Positions 28,520-37,709 of a stretch of 64,000 nt of DNA are shown here, piece after piece. Source of the stretch: a virus; IMG/VR virus record IMGVR_UViG_3300027763_000050, positions 1-64,000 of that record; one strand, given 5' to 3'. The first letter of the stretch is position 1. Every line of letters starts with the position of its first letter. Position numbers and translations under genes: made by a program. The notes under the pieces are model-generated. The model saw only the letters and a list, made by a program, of their open reading frames with translations, did no database searches and was not told the DNA's origin.

Positions 28520-28946
28520 GTGATTAGTGTTAATCATGGGCAGGGACAGCTTGGATAAGGGTTTTGATTTGATTAAGTGAAAGAAGGTCACGGTCTAGGC
28601 GCTCAATGTCAGAGCGAATTTCCTCAGTGACTTCAAGATGCCACTGCTGGTCTTGCTGGGAAGGGAACTTGCTGGAACGAGATGCGTAGTACGCCATCTC
28701 TTCTTCCAGTTGCTTGGTGCAGCTCTTGAGCCCAAGAGTGCATTCGTTTATGTAGAAATCAAGAGTCGCCATCAGATTGGATTGTCCAGGCCTGGGCTTA
28801 GCTGAGGAGACCGGGGAACATGCAGACGCCGGGGTTTCAGCGGGGGTTGAAACGACACTGCAAGATGAAAACGAGCTCACGAGGACGAGGCAGGACGGGC
28901 AAAGCTTACCCTGTCTTGCAGCGTGTGTCACCCCAGCGAGCAGGAA

Positions 28947-29474
28947 TCAGCCCAGGTATTTGAGAACGTTTCTCAAGGTGTTTGGATCGCCAAGGTTGCG
29001 GATTGGAATGCCGTAACTTTGGGCCATGCGCAAGGCTTGACCTGTGCCACCAACGATGCCGCCGCTTGGTGTGTAGGCGACGACAAGGCTTGCCGGTTCA
29101 TCCATTTGAGGACCAAGAACTTGCATGGCATTGCGGGCCATGAGTGCTCGGGCGTATTCCGATAAGCGTCCTGGCGCAGGGTGATACTGATTAACCGTGG
29201 CCAGCGCCTGCTGCCAGCTAGGTAGAGAGCTAGCGTCAACGTAGTCTTGCGAATTAGCCCGCCTACCGTTGAAGTACGCAGCAGGTAGGTAAATCTGTTT
29301 GGCCCTGGGGTTCGCCACTCCTGTCTCAAAGGCAGAGTCAGCGCCCCTCGCCCCTCCAGAGCGAAGCATCCAGCCGTCCGACTCAAGACGACCGGCAAGG
29401 ACTCGCATTACATCAAGAATTTCGCCGGGCGTGTCACGAGAGCCAATACCCGCGTAAGTTTTTGGGGTTGCCAT
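28947..29474 (-). CDS. SLOG/DprA-like nucleotide-binding protein
   Basis: YAGIGSR.TP, LRSGGARGADSAFE, ARNAMQVLG, GGTGQALR.A. Confidence 0.8.
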   Translation of the reverse strand: MATPKTYAGIGSRDTPGEILDVMRVLAGRLESDGWMLRSGGARGADSAFETGVANPRAKQIYLPAAYFNGRRANSQDYVDASSLPSWQQALATVNQYHPAPGRLSEYARALMARNAMQVLGPQMDEPASLVVAYTPSGGIVGGTGQALRMAQSYGIPIRNLGDPNTLRNVLKYLG

Positions 29475-30117
29475 TTTGCTAACATAATTAATATTAAGTA
29501 ATGCCAGTCTAAGAACAAAAGCGCCTGGCACCAAGGGTTTTAATCGCCTGCATGGGAAGACAGCAGCAGTTCTTGCATGGGGCGATCTGTGGCCCGTTTC
29601 TCAGCCAATGTCGGTAACTGTTACTTCGCAGGTGGGGAATAAAACGCCGACAATGCTACCTATGGCGTTGTATTCGTTTGCGTAGTTAACCTCACTCATT
29701 CTTCCTCCTCCTCAATGTCCATCAGTAAGTCGGCGTCACGGAGGGAGGAGGCCAGCTTGAGGGAAAATTCCTGCCATAAGCCTGTGTAGTGACCAGAGGT
29801 GCGACCGGAAAATTTGTAGAGGGAATCCATGATCAATGAGCGCAGGTTCTGCAGCTCATGTTCCTTGAGCTCGGGGGTGAGGTCTTGATTCTCTGACATG
29901 TTGAAAAGCTTGGGTGTAGTTGTAAACGTAACGTTGATGGCTGTGCTTGTTGCCATTGGTAAAGACATAGCAGCCCTGGGCGATTGCTTCTTCTTTGGTT
30001 AAGAAGTGGGTGCCAGGTTGCAAGCGCTTTTGATGGCGAAGGGTGGCAAGCTGCCTGTAAGAAAGTTGAAGCCTTAACGAATAGGGGATGTCATTGTCAC
30101 TGGCAACCCAAAGAGGC

Positions 30118-30321
30118 TCAGCCATTGGTGCCCTGCTGTGCTAAAGCGGAGTCACTCCGGATAAGGGGATCGTGCAGGGGGCAGCCACCGGCAATGAAGA
30201 ACAACCCTTCCCGGTGGTAAGCGCCACGCCCATGGTGGTTATCCAAGACAGGGCACTTGCAGCCACGGGCAAGGGCCTCATCGCTGCCTGGGTTAGGGGG
30301 CATCTCACGTGCGTTAATCAT
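30118..30321 (-). CDS. Small Cys/His protein (PNPGSDEA..RGC.CPVLDN family)
   Basis: Recognisable phage motif. Confidence 0.6.
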   Translation of the reverse strand: MINAREMPPNPGSDEALARGCKCPVLDNHHGRGAYHREGLFFIAGGCPLHDPLIRSDSALAQQGTNG

Positions 30322-30727
30322 TAGATGACTCGTAGGCGGAGCAATCGGAGGCGAAGAAACCACCGGCCTCAGGGAATTCAAGGGAGCATTTGTGGCGGCT
30401 CATATCCATGTGGGCGCAGTTATCACAGCTCAGCCGGAGTGATGGGGTTGGCTGCTCAGGGACTGGGACCTCAAGGGCAATGCCGTGGCGATTGCGGATT
30501 AAGTCCAGGTTGTTCAGGCAAGTCAGCAGCTGGTTGTAAGCAAGCTGGTCACGTTTGAGGCGATTGAAATAGGCTTCGGGCAATTCATAGACGGTGGAAC
30601 GGGTATTGCAGCCGTCACACCTCATGCGCCGCCGCCTGTGGGTAGAGGTGGTGCGGCTTTCAATGACACGATTGGAAAAATTGCGGCACTCATTACAGCG
30701 ACTGAGGGGCGCTACGGCGTAGGCCAT
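30314..30727 (-). CDS. NrdR-like zinc-ribbon protein
   Basis: CxxC...VIESR....RRRRMRCxxC..RSTVYE, plus a second C-terminal Cys cluster. Confidence 0.7.
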   Translation of the reverse strand: MAYAVAPLSRCNECRNFSNRVIESRTTSTHRRRRMRCDGCNTRSTVYELPEAYFNRLKRDQLAYNQLLTCLNNLDLIRNRHGIALEVPVPEQPTPSLRLSCDNCAHMDMSRHKCSLEFPEAGGFFASDCSAYESSND

Positions 30728-31181
30728 TAATAGGAGGAAGGATTGACGATTGAGTTGTGGTGTGGTTCAAGTATTGCCAGCCACTCAGAGGGAGTGTGCG
30801 ACCGTTCCGCCTTGCTGTTCAGGTACGGCGCGACGGAAAAGTGGCCGAACTTGACGCCATTGCACTCAAGGCGCAGGGCGTGGTAGCTGGCAATGAGTTG
30901 TTTGGCCGTGAGCTCAATAGAGTTCACGATTCAAGGACCTTGTAATTAAGGCGAAACCCAAGCCGGGAATTAGACAGGGATCTCACTGCATCACGCAGGA
31001 GGTGCTGCTCGCTGGCCTGGAAGGTCAAGACGGTGCGCTCACTACCGGTGCCGACAATGAGCTGCACGAGAGGGACTTTGGCTGAGAGGGGCATGGTGCG
31101 CTAGGGGATTGGAAATGGGTTGTGCACGCCACAGCTATCAAAGCACACACTGGGTAATGCGTCTAGGTAGGTACTGGGTTT

Positions 31182-31961
31182 TTAGAAGGTCAACGATTGC
31201 CCAGCCGCAATGACATCAGGGTTGTTTAGTCGGTTCTTTGTGACCAGTTGTTCGACGGTGGTACCAGTGGCGCGGGCTATGTCGGTAAGGGTATCGCCGC
31301 TTCGGACCGTTACTTTGCGCGGCTGGACTGGCGCTGCTGCAACTGGAGCGGGGCTAGGGGAAGCTGCCGGGAACGTATTGAACTGACCGCCAATTCCAAA
31401 TCCCTGCCTGCCTGCCCCTGTAGTTCCAGCCAAAATATCAGGAGAATCTGCGATTGCCCCGACCAAATCGCCGCGAGAAATGGCCTTTTTCGCGGTGTCC
31501 AAGGCCGCCATTACGTCGCCGCCGCTGGCAGCATTGAAGTCGTAGCGCTCTTTAGGGGCTATCTCATAGCCAGTGGGCGTTGACTTGGCCCACATTCGCC
31601 CGGTCACAAGGCGACCAAGAGAGTCAAAGGGGTTTTTAGATTGCGAATAATCCCCGTAGTTGATGGCCGTAAACCCATCCTTGCGAGGTGCCTTGGGATT
31701 AGATTCAGCGCGGTTAATAGCATCGCCCAGGGCTTGACGAGTTGCGGGAAGAAAAGATGAAGGGCTGACCTGCTCTTGCCTGCCGGTTACAGCCCTATAG
31801 GCATTATTGGCAGCATCTAAAGCAATGCTTCCCTTGGAGACCAAGGGATTGGTCGGGGCGATCTTGCCAAATATCTGCCCTGCGAATCTAAGATTACGAA
31901 GAGCTGACTCAGCTCCGGTTGCCTTCCCTGCTGCGTTTAAGAGCGACTCTAGTAAGTTCAT
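31182..31961 (-). CDS. LysM-domain protein
   Basis: C-terminal VTVRSGDTLTDIARATGTTVEQL...N.L.NPD.I.AGQSL. Confidence 0.85.
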   Translation of the reverse strand: MNLLESLLNAAGKATGAESALRNLRFAGQIFGKIAPTNPLVSKGSIALDAANNAYRAVTGRQEQVSPSSFLPATRQALGDAINRAESNPKAPRKDGFTAINYGDYSQSKNPFDSLGRLVTGRMWAKSTPTGYEIAPKERYDFNAASGGDVMAALDTAKKAISRGDLVGAIADSPDILAGTTGAGRQGFGIGGQFNTFPAASPSPAPVAAAPVQPRKVTVRSGDTLTDIARATGTTVEQLVTKNRLNNPDVIAAGQSLTF

Positions 31962-32256
31962 TGCTACGAGAAAGAAGAAGGAAGCCGAGTGCCGTCACGC
32001 CAGCCTGGAGCGAAAGAACTCCCAGGAAAGCGAGCACGACGGAGTTGAAACGATGAATATCCGCCCGCTCCTTATAGTAACTATTCCGTGACTGCTGGTA
32101 TTCGGTATCCGCCTTAAGTGCAAGGGGATATTCCCCAGCGCCAAAGCCAGGGAGACCGAAATACCAGCCAACACTGATAAAGCCAGTAAAGCCGGAAAGA
32201 AAAACAGAAAACACAAGACAGCGTTTCATTGGCTTAAGGGAGAAAGGTGTAGTCAA
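31909..32256 (-). CDS. Hypothetical membrane protein
   Basis: Two hydrophobic segments. Confidence 0.45.
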   Translation of the reverse strand: MTTPFSLKPMKRCLVFSVFLSGFTGFISVGWYFGLPGFGAGEYPLALKADTEYQQSRNSYYKERADIHRFNSVVLAFLGVLSLQAGVTALGFLLLSRSNELTRVALKRSREGNRS

Positions 32257-33067
32257 TGGAGGTTAATTTTTGAGTAATTTAGCAATTGCTTGGCAGACTG
32301 TCAATTCCTACTTGGGTTCAAGGTCGCAGCCATCGCCAATGGGCGAATAATGCTCAGTAAGGGCCAGGAGTTCCCAGTAAATCCAGTCTGCATCGTGGGG
32401 GGTGAGGCGCAGGCTGACAGACAATTTGCGTTCGGACATGAAAGGAAGAAAAAGAAAGGACAAAGAAATGCCGTTTCAGCAATTGATGAAACGACCAAGG
32501 AAAATGAAGGGCTTAGAAACCAGGGAGAGCCGGGCAGATGGCGCCAATGTGGCATTCAACGCCTGGAATATCGGAGACCATCTCTTTGGCGTACTCCCTG
32601 GCGTCGCGATCGGATGTGGCTTGTATCAGGACGACTTGCCTAGAGACAATCTCAACGGCAAATGTCTTAGAGGGAAAGAGCACGACTGGTTGCAACAACG
32701 GGCTGAGGATCGGGGTTAGGTCCTCGCCCCGCCAAGGCGCTGACAAAGGAGCACAAGGCAAGAGAGAGAAGGCAGAATATGAGGGGCAAGAAGTTCATTG
32801 GAGAAAGCAAGAAGTAAGAAAAGCTAAAGCGGAATCATTCCGGCTTAGGTGATAGCAGTGGCTGGACTGTGGAATTGGCCAAGGCAGTGGCGATGGTTTC
32901 AAGCCCCCTGCTGTCGTTCGTAGAAACGATGGCGTGAATGTAAAGACGAGTTTCGGGCGGCAAAAGGCTGAAGTCTTGGCGCAACATTTCACTGAGAGTT
33001 AAACCAATCGGCTGTAATGTCATGAGCAAAGGAAAGTAATTGGAGTTAACGGTGAAAGTGGTTGAAG

Positions 33068-33475
33068 TCAATCGTTGTCTGCAAGCTTTGTTGCAGCGAG
33101 CTGGCCCATGACGTATCGGTGAGCCGTGTAAGCGCTTATGGTTACTACTGCGCAATAGTCGTAACGATCGGCGACGGTATCCGATGCGCGGAAAAAGCAA
33201 ACGGTCCAGCCGCCGGTACTAATATCCATCGGTCCTAGATTTCTGTATAGCTCCGTCTCCGAAAGACTACGGATATAAGAAGCCAATGAATCGGCGTCCT
33301 TAAAGCCAAGCGGGTTAATTACCTGCAGAGTTTTGGCTACATAGATCAGGTCAGCTTGATCCCATTTGACACGGGGCCAGGGACCTTTGTCCGCTGCGGC
33401 GCGGGCATTAACTTCTGCTTGAGTGGCGGTCATTTGATTGATGAGTAAGAGTGCTGAAGGTATGGGGGAAGTCAA
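33068..33475 (-). CDS. Hypothetical protein
   Basis: Early-region packing; start uncertain. Confidence 0.6.
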   Translation of the reverse strand: MTSPIPSALLLINQMTATQAEVNARAAADKGPWPRVKWDQADLIYVAKTLQVINPLGFKDADSLASYIRSLSETELYRNLGPMDISTGGWTVCFFRASDTVADRYDYCAVVTISAYTAHRYVMGQLAATKLADND

Positions 33476-33720
33476 GGGAAGACAATCGCATCGGTTGCGC
33501 TGAGTTCATCTAAGGCAACTGTGTCGGCAATAATGTCGTGGATGCTGCCGCCCTGGTAATCACTGCTTTGATCCTCGCAAACCTCCAGCCCGGCAATCTC
33601 GATGTCAGAAATAGCTTGCTCAACGGAAAGCGAACTTGGCATGCGGACCCAGCAGTAACGACCGCTGGCGTCATTGCAAAGAAAGACATGAAAGGAAGCC
33701 ATGGATTTAGCGGCTGACAT
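33472..33720 (-). CDS. Hypothetical protein
   Basis: Early-region packing. Confidence 0.55.
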   Translation of the reverse strand: MSAAKSMASFHVFLCNDASGRYCWVRMPSSLSVEQAISDIEIAGLEVCEDQSSDYQGGSIHDIIADTVALDELSATDAIVFP

Positions 33721-34321
33721 AGTTGCTGGAAGAAAGGTTGGAATGGGCGTAGGTAAATAACCGATCACGTAAGGCTTTGTTTTGGACGTGTGGTAGAACA
33801 TTGACCCACTGTTCGCGGAACATGCTTCCACAATGGCGGCATCGAACAAGAGGTCTCAGTTCTTGCTGACCATCGGGCAATTCATGGTTTTTGATAAAGC
33901 AGAGTTCCCAATTGTGGTAGGCCTTGCCGTTCCAAAAAGCCTTAATATCGGCTCCAACGTCGGGAAGTTTGACGCCGTGATAGCAATTGACATTTAACAA
34001 AAGACCACTGCTTTCGTGGTGGAGTTGGATGGTGCCGGGCTCAACTTCATCGTCAGGTTCGTAGGACTTCCAGCGATCGTCTTCTTCTTCCCAGGGCAGG
34101 AGAGTGACCCTTTTGTCATGGGATTCGTAGGCGCCGGGGAGAATGTCGTCTTCTTCTGGCAGGGGCAGGCGCCAGTAAAGATTGCCTTCGGTTGCGGGGT
34201 TAAGGCTGCCGGGCAGGGGTGTTACTTTGTGGCGGTCATCCCAACGTAGGTAGTACATCGATTCGCAGGTGCCGATCTTGATTTCGACACCGTCAGATTT
34301 GCGTTTTGCGTATTCGCCCAT
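33707..34321 (-). CDS. Hypothetical protein with CxxC
   Basis: MGEYAKRKSDG..IKIGTCE.MYYLR family-like N-terminus. Confidence 0.7.
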   Translation of the reverse strand: MGEYAKRKSDGVEIKIGTCESMYYLRWDDRHKVTPLPGSLNPATEGNLYWRLPLPEEDDILPGAYESHDKRVTLLPWEEEDDRWKSYEPDDEVEPGTIQLHHESSGLLLNVNCYHGVKLPDVGADIKAFWNGKAYHNWELCFIKNHELPDGQQELRPLVRCRHCGSMFREQWVNVLPHVQNKALRDRLFTYAHSNLSSSNYVSR

Positions 34322-34380
34322 GGTGGTAGTCTGGTGAAGGGAGAGTAAGGGAATAGAAGATTAAGGAAAGTATTTCGGGA

Positions 34381-34962
34381 TCAAGCTGCTTGATTCTTTT
34401 CGAGCTGCGTGATACGCGCCTCAAAAGCTTCCATGCGTGCGGCAAGAGGATCAACGCGGTTGTGTGTGTATCGATCTATAACTCCGCCATGAAGAGAAAT
34501 GCCTCGTTCAACTCGATCGGCGATAGTCTTAATTGCCTGGTCGCTGCGGGCAAACTCAAACATGAGAGCTCTAAGCACGCCCGCATAATGTTCGCTTCTA
34601 TCTACTGTGGAATCAGGAAAGCCAGTGTCGCCGTAGTTGCCGGTAATTGCTTCGCGAATAAAGTCTCTAAGGGTGTCGATGAACTGGGAATTTTCGAACA
34701 GGCGCCAGGCAGATCGGGAAAAGAAATTTGCGCGTCTCTCCATGGCACCTGCCAGGTCTTCAATCAGATCAGGAAAAAGATCCAAGATGTGATTGGCAAG
34801 ATTCGAACACATGAGATTGCGGGATAACTGTGCAATCTCATCTTGAGAGAGCGGACGATGAAAGCCATGATCCCTGGCTGACTTAATCTCATCTTGGTAA
34901 GCAACAAGCAGCCGATCAAGTTGATAGAGATTGTGTGAAACGTTGACGTTGTCGGTAGTCAT
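34381..34962 (-). CDS. Hypothetical helical protein coupled to the E1 gene
   Basis: ATG 1 nt after the E1 stop. Confidence 0.65.
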   Translation of the reverse strand: MTTDNVNVSHNLYQLDRLLVAYQDEIKSARDHGFHRPLSQDEIAQLSRNLMCSNLANHILDLFPDLIEDLAGAMERRANFFSRSAWRLFENSQFIDTLRDFIREAITGNYGDTGFPDSTVDRSEHYAGVLRALMFEFARSDQAIKTIADRVERGISLHGGVIDRYTHNRVDPLAARMEAFEARITQLEKNQAA

Positions 34963-34963
34963 G

Positions 34964-35662
34964 TCAGGAAATAGCAAAGGAAAAGGAGCGGCCGTTGAAT
35001 CCCAGTTGGGAGTAGAGATTGTTGAGCTTGTTATCCAGGAAGTTTTGGACAACAAGCAGCGCGCTGGTAGCTGCCAGGGAATTGGCAGCAATTAACTGCG
35101 GGCGCGAAGGTGCGTGTTCCATGCAGCCGCCCGATCTCGGTATCGTGTCCCGAGGTGATGCAAGGTTTTCGCAGGTGAGGCGAGGGTCAATGCCAAAGGT
35201 GGTGTCATCGATCAGACCCCAGAACTGGACCTGACCCTTGATGTCTTCGGTGCCGTCGGAATTGCCGGGACTGATCCAGAGGAAGTTGCGGTTACTGCTG
35301 AGGCGCTCACCCATTACCTCCAGAGTTGCGGCCCGAGTGGCGTCGTTGTCTACGGCAAGAACAATCAAGGGCTGCTGAGCTTGCTGCAACAGACGCCGCA
35401 ACATATTCTTATCTAGGTATTCGGAGTAGGGCTGAGCGTTTAGACCTTGACTCTCAAGGTGCCGAGCCAGGGAGACCGCTTTATTGACGCCGATGTCAGC
35501 GGGGCCAACGATCTGGCGGGTAATGTTCTTGTTTTCGTAGGAGTCGCCGTCAATGATGGCAAACTGCGGCTCCTCGCAGGAATAGGTAAGCAACCGGGCC
35601 AGTGGTGCAGCGAGGTGACCGCCTGTGCCGCCAGCGCCAATCAATAGGCAAGTGTCAATCAT
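34964..35662 (-). CDS. ThiF/E1-like ubiquitin-activating enzyme
   Basis: IGAGGTGG, DGDSYENKNITRQ, NKA, AVDNDATR, candidate catalytic Cys in SGGCME, QLIAAN. Confidence 0.9.
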   Translation of the reverse strand: MIDTCLLIGAGGTGGHLAAPLARLLTYSCEEPQFAIIDGDSYENKNITRQIVGPADIGVNKAVSLARHLESQGLNAQPYSEYLDKNMLRRLLQQAQQPLIVLAVDNDATRAATLEVMGERLSSNRNFLWISPGNSDGTEDIKGQVQFWGLIDDTTFGIDPRLTCENLASPRDTIPRSGGCMEHAPSRPQLIAANSLAATSALLVVQNFLDNKLNNLYSQLGFNGRSFSFAIS

Positions 35663-36704
35663 TGGGGATCTGTCCGATAAGGGTGTTGCGGTGAATAAAC
35701 CATTGACGTAAAAGAGCATCTGCTTCGGTAATGAAGCCTTCGTTGTTGAACACCGTGGCCCGCTTGACATAGGCCGCAAGCATCCCGCTCTCACCCACGG
35801 TGCCTATGCCGGCAGTGCGTAGCTGACGGAAAGCGTCGCGATGAAGTTGCGGGTGAAGAAGTAGTAAGGCATCTGCGCCGCTGCGATACTCGAAGCTGGG
35901 GTCAGCGGGGACGGATGAAGAAAAAGAATTAATTTCGGAAGCGTTATCCCGGTATTGATCGAGAGAAAGTAAATCGTCGTTTGAAGGTGTGGCAGCAAAC
36001 GTACTTATTGCCTGATCAATTGACGTCGGGAAGTCAGAGCGTGTCCCCCAGCAGACGTAATCATTGTCAGCAAAGCAATTTAGATTTCGCTCCACGCCAG
36101 ACAAGCGAACTTCGCTGTCATCCGCTGAGCTGGTGACGCATTGTAAATATGAGCGTATGTTTGGTTTTCGTTCGCCATCCTCGGGCAATAAGGCTATAAA
36201 TTTATCAGGAAGGAAGACACTGGGCTTGAAATAAAACTCAAAGCAAGTAGGTGCAAGTTTATAGTCTTCGTCAGCATTGTCACTGGAATCGCCAACGTCA
36301 TAGCCTTCCGGGCATTGTTCATTGTAATAACTACTAAAGCCTTCCCGATAAGCGTCACAGCAAGAAGTAGTAGTAATGACGTAACTATTCCCATCGTGAT
36401 CCTGTCCATCATCTACGTGCTCATCAAACCAATAGCGACAACTGCGGCAATTTGAAGAAATAAAATTTTCCTCATCAAAACCCTGACCTAAATGTTGTGC
36501 ATCGGCCCAGCCATCAGGTAGCCAAACCCTGACGATTATGCCGTCATGTTGATGGCTGTAACCCACCAGGTCGGCGTTACTTGGCAGGTGTTCGAGATGT
36601 ACCGGAGGCGGCGCCGAGGGAGAGAGGAGTGATAAATTCAAAATCGTCGGATTCGGCGGCTGATGGATCGAATCCGGTGTGTTGCTCAATGTCGGCAAGG
36701 GCAT
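35655..36704 (-). CDS. Prokaryotic E2-like conjugating enzyme (Prok-E2 family D-like) with N-terminal Cys-rich acidic region
   Basis: LNCFADNDYVCWG...P.SI..A...F...PSNDDL matches the N.x(5-6).[IV]CWG...F..S.FN.DL E2 pattern. Confidence 0.7.
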   Translation of the reverse strand: MPLPTLSNTPDSIHQPPNPTILNLSLLSPSAPPPVHLEHLPSNADLVGYSHQHDGIIVRVWLPDGWADAQHLGQGFDEENFISSNCRSCRYWFDEHVDDGQDHDGNSYVITTTSCCDAYREGFSSYYNEQCPEGYDVGDSSDNADEDYKLAPTCFEFYFKPSVFLPDKFIALLPEDGERKPNIRSYLQCVTSSADDSEVRLSGVERNLNCFADNDYVCWGTRSDFPTSIDQAISTFAATPSNDDLLSLDQYRDNASEINSFSSSVPADPSFEYRSGADALLLLHPQLHRDAFRQLRTAGIGTVGESGMLAAYVKRATVFNNEGFITEADALLRQWFIHRNTLIGQIPND

Positions 36705-37659
36705 AGGAAAGCTCGGAGTAGAGATCGCGGAGGGAGTCGTGGTCGCCAGCAGCGGTGAGGTATTGAATGGCGTTAGTAACGTCGTCGATGATGTCGGACA
36801 CTTGCTGGTATGAACTTTTTTGACGCGGCATGTATGGACTCCAATTGCCGCCAAGGTCATTGCCCCAGCCGTCATCCCAGGAGTAGGGGTCCGAAATGCT
36901 GCCGTAGTGGAAATTGGCGCGCTGATCCTTGGCCTCTGTGCCGGACTTGCCAGATGTGATTACGGGCTTGAACAGCGGCCAGACGCCGATCGTTATGGCA
37001 GTCAGTACGTTGGGATGAAATGTGACGCCGTTTACTGGTGTTGTATCAACGACAAGGTTGTGGTCAATGGCGAAGCGCCGTTTGCCCGCTGTAATGGAAG
37101 CAGTAAGTGCGTATGACATTTTCTGGGAGTCGATGCTGCCAACAACAATGTGCAGGCCTGGATCGCCGAGCTCGTATTTGTCATCGGTGCCAGAGAAGAA
37201 AGCCGCCATGGTGTTGTGGCTGTGGGATGAGCCGCAAGGAGTCCAACCATCGGGCGGGTAGCTGGTAACTGTCTCGCCGGTGATGATGTCAATGGCTTTA
37301 TCGAAGCTCTCGACGCGGACACTGGCTGCATCAACTTCTTGAACGGGTACAAGCAGACGGAAGCAAGTGGGATCGCTTTCGCTGCGAAGAATGCGAACAG
37401 AGACCTCGGCCTGACTTGGGACCTTGGTGACGTAATGGAAGGTGAGCTGAATCCAAGCAGCCCAGAGATCGGCTGGAATTCGGGCAATGTTATTGGCGGG
37501 TTCAAACTTCTTGAGGTTCTCATCGGTGATGATTGCGTTGGCGGTAGGGTCATCGACGGGGCTGAGGTATGAGCCCCAGGAGTTAGCGGCAACTTTCCAG
37601 CAGCCACTGCGGTGAGTGCGAAGAACGCTGGGGGAACTGGGTGCGGTGGCTGAAGTCAT
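36577..37659 (-). CDS. JAB/MPN+ metallopeptidase
   Basis: AEV (catalytic E), VPVQEV, GSSHSHNTMAAFFSGTDD = HxH-x7-S-x2-D JAMM motif, GLHIVVG. Confidence 0.9.
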   Translation of the reverse strand: MTSATAPSSPSVLRTHRSGCWKVAANSWGSYLSPVDDPTANAIITDENLKKFEPANNIARIPADLWAAWIQLTFHYVTKVPSQAEVSVRILRSESDPTCFRLLVPVQEVDAASVRVESFDKAIDIITGETVTSYPPDGWTPCGSSHSHNTMAAFFSGTDDKYELGDPGLHIVVGSIDSQKMSYALTASITAGKRRFAIDHNLVVDTTPVNGVTFHPNVLTAITIGVWPLFKPVITSGKSGTEAKDQRANFHYGSISDPYSWDDGWGNDLGGNWSPYMPRQKSSYQQVSDIIDDVTNAIQYLTAAGDHDSLRDLYSELSYALADIEQHTGFDPSAAESDDFEFITPLSLGAASGTSRTPAK

Positions 37660-37709
37660 TGGGATAGAGGAGGAAGTAAGCCCCAGCGGGAGGCCGGGGC
37701 TGGTGACGA

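Noticed and set aside
34964-35662. Thiamine/molybdopterin biosynthesis ThiF/MoeB
   Set aside because: No pathway genes nearby, the CxxC zinc pairs are absent, and an E2 and JAB are adjacent.
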